21,935 bases of DNA from Polyangiaceae bacterium (GTDB lineage: Bacteria > Myxococcota_A > Polyangia > Polyangiales > Polyangiaceae). The first letter of the stretch is position 1. Every line of letters starts with the position of its first letter. Below the pieces are notes generated by a model. That model was not told the DNA's origin. It made no database searches and saw nothing but the letters and a program-made list of their open reading frames with translations. Where the stretch lies: assembly GCA_044222475.1 (NCBI GenBank), contig JBGANF010000130.1, forward strand, positions 1 through 21,935. The letters run 5' to 3'. The position numbers and the translations under genes are program-made. Positions 16,161 to 21,935 of this stretch are shown piece by piece.

Positions 16161-17255
16161 TCATTTCGTGCCTTTGGCCGCCGAAATGGCCTCCCACTCC
16201 TCCTCGAACTGAGTGAGCTGCGACGTGACGATCTGGAGGTTCTGGGTGTTCATGTCGCTCGCCTCGGCGCGGGCGAGATCGGTCATCTGTTTCTTGATGT
16301 CGCCGAGGTCGTCGCAGATGCGCGAGAGGAGCTCGAGATCCCGCGTCTTCCGGTCCTGGCCGGAGAAGTTCTTTCGATACTCGTCGAAGAGCTCGTTGGC
16401 GGCGCCGCCGAGCATGCCCATCAGATCGGCGAAGGGCGTGCCTTGGCGCGCCTTCCGAATCTCGGCGAGCTCGGCGCGGTACGTACCAAGTTGGGACTCG
16501 ACGATACCGATGTTCTTCTTGTTCGTGTCGCCCCCGTTCTGGCCGTCCAGCTTCTTCATCCGCTTCTGGTAGCTCTCGAGCGCGGCGATCATGCGCACGA
16601 GGAGGCCGGGGCGTCGCGTGCTCCGCGAGCGGCCGGCGAAGTGGTCGGCGTAGAGCTTGAACTGCGCGTTCGCGAGCTGGGCGAGCCGGTTGACCTGATC
16701 GTCGACGGTGCCGTCGACGTGGGCCTTCGCGATGGCCTTCTCCTCTTCTCGGTACATCGAGAGCGTCGAGCTCACGACCTCGAGGTCGGCCTTCATGCGC
16801 TGTACGGCGCCCTGGCCCGCGAGCTCCGACATCTGCTCCTTGATCGACTCGAGCTCCTCGGCGAGCTCGGCGAGGAGCTGCAGATCGCGCGTCGAGCGGG
16901 ATTGGCCGGCGTAGTGGCGCTGGTACTTCGCGAAGACGAGGTTCGCCGACGCGGCGAGGGGCGCGAACTCGTCGAACGCGGGCCCCATCTCCTTCGCCTC
17001 GACGATGAGCGTGCGCTCCTGCTCGTAAATGCGGACGTTCTCCCGCGCGGTGTCGGCGATGGTGGTCAGCTGCGCGTCGCGCGCGGCGGCCGGGATCGAC
17101 TCGATGCGGGCGAGGATGCCTTTCGTGTCCTTCACGATCGCGTCGAGCTCGTCGAGGTTGCGCGTAGCGCGGGAGTGACCTGCGAACTGCGCCTCGTAGC
17201 GGGCGGCGATCTTGTCGAGCTCATCGGCGAAGGATTTGGAGGCGGGAGTGGCCAT
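16161..17255 (-). CDS. Hypothetical cytoplasmic protein with four ~91-aa alpha-helical tandem repeats
   Basis: 364 aa from ATG 17255; repeat cores FAGHSRATRN, YAGQSRSTRD, FAGRSRSTRR, FSGQDRKTRD; extended -10 TGCTATGGT 7 nt upstream. Confidence 0.85.
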   Translation of the reverse strand: MATPASKSFADELDKIAARYEAQFAGHSRATRNLDELDAIVKDTKGILARIESIPAAARDAQLTTIADTARENVRIYEQERTLIVEAKEMGPAFDEFAPLAASANLVFAKYQRHYAGQSRSTRDLQLLAELAEELESIKEQMSELAGQGAVQRMKADLEVVSSTLSMYREEEKAIAKAHVDGTVDDQVNRLAQLANAQFKLYADHFAGRSRSTRRPGLLVRMIAALESYQKRMKKLDGQNGGDTNKKNIGIVESQLGTYRAELAEIRKARQGTPFADLMGMLGGAANELFDEYRKNFSGQDRKTRDLELLSRICDDLGDIKKQMTDLARAEASDMNTQNLQIVTSQLTQFEEEWEAISAAKGTK

Positions 17256-17309
17256 GGCGCGGACCATAGCATGCTTGCCAAAGGTGTCCCGGGGGCGCAT
17301 AACCAGCGA

Positions 17310-17711
17310 ATGGCACGGGGTTTTTGGCGCGATTCCCGCTGGGCCGCGATCGTGCGCGCGCTCGTGCTGGTGCTCGCGCTGCCGGTGCTCCTCGGGCCGG
17401 CGCTTCCGTTTTTCGCTCGCCTCGCGGCCGGCCCGCGCGCGCACGTGTGTCACTGCGATGCGCGCCACACCGACTGCGCCTGTCCGATCTGCTTTCCCGA
17501 TCGCGACGACCTGCAGAAGAGCGAGCTCGCCGTCTCTGCGCCGTGCGGTGACGAGGACCCGGTCTTCTCTTGCGCGACCGCCCCGGTGATCTTCGCAGCG
17601 CCTTCGGCGGCAGTCTTCGCGGCGCCCGTCAGCCTCGTCTCGCCGATCGCCCCGTCGACGCTCGAGTCGCGCGGCCCATCGCCTCCCGATCCTCCGCCTC
17701 CCAGAGCGTGA
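17310..17711 (+). CDS. Cys/His-rich exported leader protein with C-terminal poly-Pro (DUF2946/CruR-like architecture)
   Basis: 133 aa; hydrophobic N-terminal helix; HVCHCDARHTDCACPIC; ends SRGPSPPDPPPPRA; first gene of the cluster. Confidence 0.7.
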   Translation: MARGFWRDSRWAAIVRALVLVLALPVLLGPALPFFARLAAGPRAHVCHCDARHTDCACPICFPDRDDLQKSELAVSAPCGDEDPVFSCATAPVIFAAPSAAVFAAPVSLVSPIAPSTLESRGPSPPDPPPPRA

Positions 17712-17777
17712 CCCGCGCGGTCGCACGTTCAGCCGAGGAAAACGCCCGCGTCGCGGGTCCGGAGAAGGAGTGTCTTC

Positions 17778-18200
17778 ATGAGAGCGAACGCCATCGCGTT
17801 CGTCGCGCTCGTCTGCTCCGCTGCATGCAGCGGTTCGACGAGCGACGTCGGGGATCGGTTCCCCGACGAAGCGTACGAGCACGTCGACAGCACGTCGGGT
17901 GCCTATTCGATCGACGTGCGAACGTCGCCCCAGCCGCCTCGGGTCGGCGTGGGCGCAGTCGAGCTCCGCGTGCGCGGTCGTGGAGGCGCACCAGCCGACG
18001 GCCTCGCGTTCCAATTCTCGCTGGTGATGCCGGCTCACGCCCACGGCGCCTCGGTGAAGCCGACCGTCGAGCCGAAGGGCGAGGGCGTGTACGTCGTCCG
18101 CTCGGTGAGCACGTACATGGCAGGGACGTGGGAGCTTCGCGCGGTGATCCAGGAAGGAGCGGCGAGTGATCAAGCGACGATCACGCTCGACGTTCGCTGA
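17778..18200 (+). CDS. YtkA/FixH-like lipoprotein
   Basis: RBS GGAGAAGGAG; lipobox SAAC; PQPPRVG, MPAHAHG, G.Y, MAGTWEL (YtkA-like pattern). Confidence 0.82.
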   Translation: MRANAIAFVALVCSAACSGSTSDVGDRFPDEAYEHVDSTSGAYSIDVRTSPQPPRVGVGAVELRVRGRGGAPADGLAFQFSLVMPAHAHGASVKPTVEPKGEGVYVVRSVSTYMAGTWELRAVIQEGAASDQATITLDVR

Positions 18201-19152
18201 GCGCGCCGCGATGGCGCTGGCCGCGCTCGTCGCGCTCGAGCGCGACGCAGCGGCGCAGGCGTGCTGCGCGACGCCGTCTGCGTTCGCGCCGGCGCGCCTC
18301 CGTACGGGCGAGAACGCGATCGTCGGCTTCGTCGGTTCGGCGGCCGTCGTCACCGGCAGCTTCGGTCGCGACCGATCGTTCGCCGTCCCTTCGACGGGCT
18401 CGCGCGAGGTGGACCTCGTGGGGAGGCTCTTCGCAGCGTGGGCGCCGTGGCCGCGCACGGAGGTCTCCTTCACGGTTCCGTTCGTCGAGACCTCTCGACG
18501 CGCCAACGGGCTGAGCGAGGCTTCGGTCGGGGTCGGCGACCCACGGCTCGCCAGTCGCTTCACGCTGGTCCGCGTCGGCGAAGACAGGATCGTGCCGGGC
18601 GTGCAGCTCCTCACCGCGCTCACGTTGCCGGCGGGCGTCGCCGCGGACGGGGCGCGCAAGCCGCTGGCGACCGACGCGACCGGTACCGGCGCGTTTCAAT
18701 TCGAGAACGGCATCGCGCTGGAGCAGTCGTTCGGTCGGTTCCTCTTCAACTTCACCGGCACCATCGCTTGGCGCTCGGTGCGCACGATCGCCGGCACGAC
18801 CTCGCAGCTCGGTCCGCTCGTGTCGGCGTTCACCGCGTTGAGCTACACCTTCCCGAACGCGCTGTCGCTCGCCGCGTCGCTCGCGTACGAAGCGTCGTTC
18901 GATGCGCGCCAGGGTGGTGTGGCGGTGGCCGACTCGGCGACCGCGAAGACGACGGTGGGCCTCGCCGCGGCGATGCCGCTCGCGCGCGGCGTGCGCATCG
19001 TCGCCGGTTTCTCCTGGACGCCCCACCTGCCCGAGCTCGGGAAGAACGAGCTCGCGACGTTCGGCGGTTCTCTCGGTCTCGTGTACGCCTGGGGCGGACC
19101 GCGCGCGTGTCCCATGCATCCTGGCGCTGCGACCTGCGATTGCGCGCACTGA
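18166..19152 (+). CDS. Putative outer-membrane beta-barrel transporter with N-terminal ACC and C-terminal CPMHP motifs
   Basis: AAGGAG before GTG 18166 (alternative ATG 18211); signal peptide ..DAAA|QACC; G.GD, L.LP.G and TGTG motifs typical of MetA-pathway/SphA-like barrels; amphipathic strands; tail CPMHPGAATCDCAH. Confidence 0.7.
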   Translation: MIKRRSRSTFAERAAMALAALVALERDAAAQACCATPSAFAPARLRTGENAIVGFVGSAAVVTGSFGRDRSFAVPSTGSREVDLVGRLFAAWAPWPRTEVSFTVPFVETSRRANGLSEASVGVGDPRLASRFTLVRVGEDRIVPGVQLLTALTLPAGVAADGARKPLATDATGTGAFQFENGIALEQSFGRFLFNFTGTIAWRSVRTIAGTTSQLGPLVSAFTALSYTFPNALSLAASLAYEASFDARQGGVAVADSATAKTTVGLAAAMPLARGVRIVAGFSWTPHLPELGKNELATFGGSLGLVYAWGGPRACPMHPGAATCDCAH

Positions 19153-19181
19153 GCCCGAGACCTCGGCTAGCCTGGGCGGCA

Positions 19182-20066
19182 GTGAGAGCGTACGCCCTCC
19201 TCTTGATCGGCTCGGCTGCGCTCCTCGGCGCCAGTGCAGCCCATGCCGAGGAGCCCCGGTTCGAGGTCGTCGCGCGCGGCGCGACGGTCCAGGCCGCCAT
19301 CGGGATGAGCCGCGCCGGCTATCGCCTGACCGGCGACGTCGGCGGAGAGAGCGCCGGCATGCGCTCCTTCGGGCGGCGCTGGCTGCTGTCGTGGGACGTG
19401 CTCGTGAGCGGGCGCGTCGGCGTCCTCGCGAACAAAGAGCCCTACCTGTCCCTTTTTGGGATGAGGGCCTCCGCCTTCGTCGAGCCTGCGTATCGGTTCT
19501 TCGACCACGGGTGGAGCCCGGTCGTCTCGGCGCGACTCGGTGGCGATGCTTCGGTGCTGTGGAACCCGCTCGCGTCGCTGGCCGACCTGCGGACCCTGAA
19601 CGACATGGACGGGGTGGGCGGAGTGGTCGCTCGCGGGCTGGTTCGAGCAGGCGGCGGCGCGTCTTTCCTCGACGGTCGACGCTCGCTCCTCTTGCAGTTC
19701 TTCGCGCAGGAGGTCCTCCAGGCGCACGGGGTCAACTCCGATGGCAAGGCGCTGAGCGAGATCGGCGTCGGCGCTCGCTTCGACTGGACGTGGGGCGTGT
19801 CGGCGGCGTTCGAGGCGACCGCGGGGACGACGCTCGGCCTCGAGGATCCCGCTCTCCAGCGCACGTCCCGGACGACCCGCATCGGCGCCGCGGGGAGCGC
19901 CAGGAAGATCTTCGCGAACGGGATGTGGCTCGCGCTCTTCGCGTCGATCGCGCGCGACTCGCAGCATGTGACCTACGAGGCGACCCAGACGAGCTTCGTC
20001 ACGGGTGACCCAGCGGATGTCACGTTCGGTGCGGCGTTCGGCATCTCGCTCTGGAGGCCTCGATGA
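19182..20066 (+). CDS. Secreted protein, probable outer-membrane beta-barrel
   Basis: GTG start MRAYALLLIGSAALLGASAAHA|EE; alternating aromatic/Gly strands; ends FGAAFGISLWRPR; ATGA overlap with the next gene. Confidence 0.65.
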   Translation: MRAYALLLIGSAALLGASAAHAEEPRFEVVARGATVQAAIGMSRAGYRLTGDVGGESAGMRSFGRRWLLSWDVLVSGRVGVLANKEPYLSLFGMRASAFVEPAYRFFDHGWSPVVSARLGGDASVLWNPLASLADLRTLNDMDGVGGVVARGLVRAGGGASFLDGRRSLLLQFFAQEVLQAHGVNSDGKALSEIGVGARFDWTWGVSAAFEATAGTTLGLEDPALQRTSRTTRIGAAGSARKIFANGMWLALFASIARDSQHVTYEATQTSFVTGDPADVTFGAAFGISLWRPR

Positions 20067-21400
20067 AGCGCGCGTTCGGGTTCTCCGTAGTCTTCGCGAT
20101 CGGCGTCGGGATTGCGTGCCGGCCCGGGGCGGTCGATTGGGGCTTCGACGCGATCGACTCGATGAAGACGCCGCCCGACGATCCGAAGCTCGGCTGTGGC
20201 TTGATCTTACCCCAAGACACGCAGGCCGGTGCGCGCGCGCAGTGCACGTACCGCTCCGGGACGAAGGCCGACGTCTCGCTCGGCGTGAGCAAGGCGGACC
20301 TCGCGCGGATCCCGATCCGTCACGTGATCATCGCCATGAAGGAGAACCGCAGCTTCGACACGATCTTCGGCAAGCTCCACGACGAGGGACAGCCCGACAC
20401 GGAGGCGATCCCCGCCGGATACGTCAACCCGGACGCGAACGGGAAGCCCGTCGCACCGTTTCACGCGACGACCACGTGCGTGCAGCTCGACCCGGGCCAT
20501 CAGTACGAAGGCATGCAGGCGTCGATGAACGGCGGCCTCATGAACGGCTTCGTGCGGAACGCCGCCGCGACCACCAGCTCCGACGGGTCGTTCGTGCTCG
20601 GTACGTACGACTCGAAAGACCTCCCGTTCTACTACTTCCTCGCGCGGAGGTTCGCGATCGCCGATCGCGACTTCTCGGCGATGGGAAGCGGCACGTTCGC
20701 GAATCGCACCTTCATGATGTTCGGCACGCCCGGCGGCGTCGTCGACACGGGAATCACCTACGTGAGCCCGGGCACGCCGTCGATCTTCCAGCTGCTCATG
20801 AGCGCCGGGTTCACGTGGGCCGCCTACAGCGACGGGCTTCCCCTCAGCGCCACCCTCGGCTGGGACCACGAGACGCCCGGAGTCCACGAGACCAAGGAGC
20901 TCTACGACGCGCTAGACAAGGGCACGTTGCCGAACGTCGCGTTCGTCGACGGGATCGAGGACAAGGAGGATGATCACCCGGTGGGCGATCTCCAGGTCGG
21001 CGAGGCGTGGCTGAAGAAGCTCTACGACCACGCGGTGAACAGCCCCCAGTGGGAGCGCCTCGTGATCCTGTTCACCTACGACGAGTGCGGCGCGTTCTTC
21101 GACCACGTGCCGCCGCCTGATGGTTGCCTCCCGGTGCCGTCGCGGTCGACGTTCGCCGGCCGCGGACCGCGCGTCCCGCTGATCACCATCTCGCCGTGGT
21201 CGAGGCCCAACTACGTGTCGCACGTCGTGCGCGACCACACCGCGATCACGCGCTTCGTCGAAGCGATCTTCGATCTGCCGGCGCTCACCGCGCGCGACGC
21301 CAACAGCGACGCGCTCCTCGACATGTTCGACTTCGAGTGCGGGCGCGACCTCAAAGGGCCCGCGGGGCCGGATCCCGGCACCGGCGGCTGCACGAAGTAG
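20063..21400 (+). CDS. Phosphoesterase-family lipoprotein (phospholipase C/AcpA-type)
   Basis: Lipobox GIAC; HVII.MKENRSFD, DPGH, MNGF, TFANR, DDHP, TYDECGAFFDHVPP, GPRVP, DHTAI, LTARDA. Confidence 0.9.
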   Translation: MKRAFGFSVVFAIGVGIACRPGAVDWGFDAIDSMKTPPDDPKLGCGLILPQDTQAGARAQCTYRSGTKADVSLGVSKADLARIPIRHVIIAMKENRSFDTIFGKLHDEGQPDTEAIPAGYVNPDANGKPVAPFHATTTCVQLDPGHQYEGMQASMNGGLMNGFVRNAAATTSSDGSFVLGTYDSKDLPFYYFLARRFAIADRDFSAMGSGTFANRTFMMFGTPGGVVDTGITYVSPGTPSIFQLLMSAGFTWAAYSDGLPLSATLGWDHETPGVHETKELYDALDKGTLPNVAFVDGIEDKEDDHPVGDLQVGEAWLKKLYDHAVNSPQWERLVILFTYDECGAFFDHVPPPDGCLPVPSRSTFAGRGPRVPLITISPWSRPNYVSHVVRDHTAITRFVEAIFDLPALTARDANSDALLDMFDFECGRDLKGPAGPDPGTGGCTK

Positions 21401-21401
21401 C

Positions 21402-21935
21402 TCATCGCGGCGCAGCGAGGATCGGGTCTCCGAATCCCGCCGGCGGACCGAACGTGTCGATCACCGCGACGACGTCGCGCCACGGCGTCTCTCCCGAGGC
21501 TCGCACCGTCACGCGCGATGCGACCGATTGAGGGAACCTCTTCTTGATCGTGTTCGCGCAGATCGCGGCGGCGCCGAGAGGCAACTTGCCCGACTCCGCG
21601 GGGAGCGTCGTGAGCGGCAGAGGGGCATCCTTCGCGAGCTCCGAGCAGCTCGCATCGAGCCGATCGCGTCGAGAGCGCACGCCGAGGCCGTCGCTCGCGA
21701 CGTCGAGCGCGATGCAGATCGGGGTGCGACTCGCGAGCGGGACCATCGCCATCGTCGGCGGCGTCGCCGCGTCGCCTAGCGCGACCTGCAGGGCCGCGAG
21801 CTCGCGCTGCATCTCCTCGAGCGTCTCGCCGCAGGGAAGGGCGGTCTTCGGCAGCGGCATCCCGAACGTGCGTCGCTCGCCAGCCGGTGTGCGGACGAGG
21901 AACTCGAGCGTCGCGGCTCCGCCTTGGCCGATCGT
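21402..21935 (-). CDS. Partial CDS (starts beyond the window) with an ExbD/TolR-like C-terminal domain
   Basis: Frame is open to the window edge (TIGQGGAATLEFLVRTPAGERRTFG-MPLP..); VTVRASGETPWRDVVAVIDTF resembles the ExbD V.I.AD...Y..VV.V.D motif. Confidence 0.55.
   Translation of the reverse strand, partial: TIGQGGAATLEFLVRTPAGERRTFGMPLPKTALPCGETLEEMQRELAALQVALGDAATPPTMAMVPLASRTPICIALDVASDGLGVRSRRDRLDASCSELAKDAPLPLTTLPAESGKLPLGAAAICANTIKKRFPQSVASRVTVRASGETPWRDVVAVIDTFGPPAGFGDPILAAPR

Noticed and set aside
17311..17328. Sigma54 promoter at TGGCACG (also 11855)
   Set aside because: No TTGC at the required -12 spacing; both lie at the start of coding sequence (ATG GCA CG).
16029..18659. 560-aa (+) and 832-aa (-) ORFs as listed in the track
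   Set aside because: Only their 3' parts look real (17310-17711 and 16161-17255); the upstream extensions are shadows of the opposite-strand genes.
19150..19181. Selenocysteine readthrough of TGA after the Cys-rich tail
   Set aside because: No clear SECIS-like hairpin, and the next gene has its own -10 box and signal peptide in another frame.
1..21935. CRISPR array, rRNA, prophage or defence genes
   Set aside because: No regularly spaced direct repeats or recognisable cas, phage or defence proteins seen.

Overview
High-GC bacterial chromosomal window. The gene types (Hanks-type receptor kinase, many Pro/Asp-Gly-linker lipoproteins, a RAYT-type HUH protein) suggest Myxococcota/Polyangiales; this is an inference. 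About 20 CDSs: partial clpS, a triple Zn-ribbon protein, a rhodanese lipoprotein, a beta-propeller lipoprotein, NAD-malic enzyme, a large secreted propeller protein, a Ser/Thr kinase, an exported SAM methyltransferase, a lipoprotein, a RAYT-type Y1 transposase, a DUF2834-like protein plus XRE/MmyB regulator, an Asp-box lipoprotein, a 4x91-aa helical repeat protein, a putative metal-handling cluster (Cys-rich leader, YtkA-like, beta-barrel with CPMHP tail), a second barrel, a phosphoesterase and a partial ExbD-like CDS. Highlights: (1) an intergenic circularly permuted tRNA-like RNA at ~1025-1166 (T arm, closed acceptor stem, D arm, ACG anticodon arm), YrlA-like but with no Ro60 gene in the window; (2) a Cys/His-rich poly-Pro leader ORF whose Pro codons can base-pair with the downstream ytkA-like RBS, suggesting a metal-sensing ribosome-stalling switch; (3) an unrecognised tandem repeat domain with an F/Y-x-G-x-x-R-x-T-R motif; (4) recurrent -10 boxes 6-8 nt before start codons, suggesting leaderless mRNAs. 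All calls are by eye; no searches were run.
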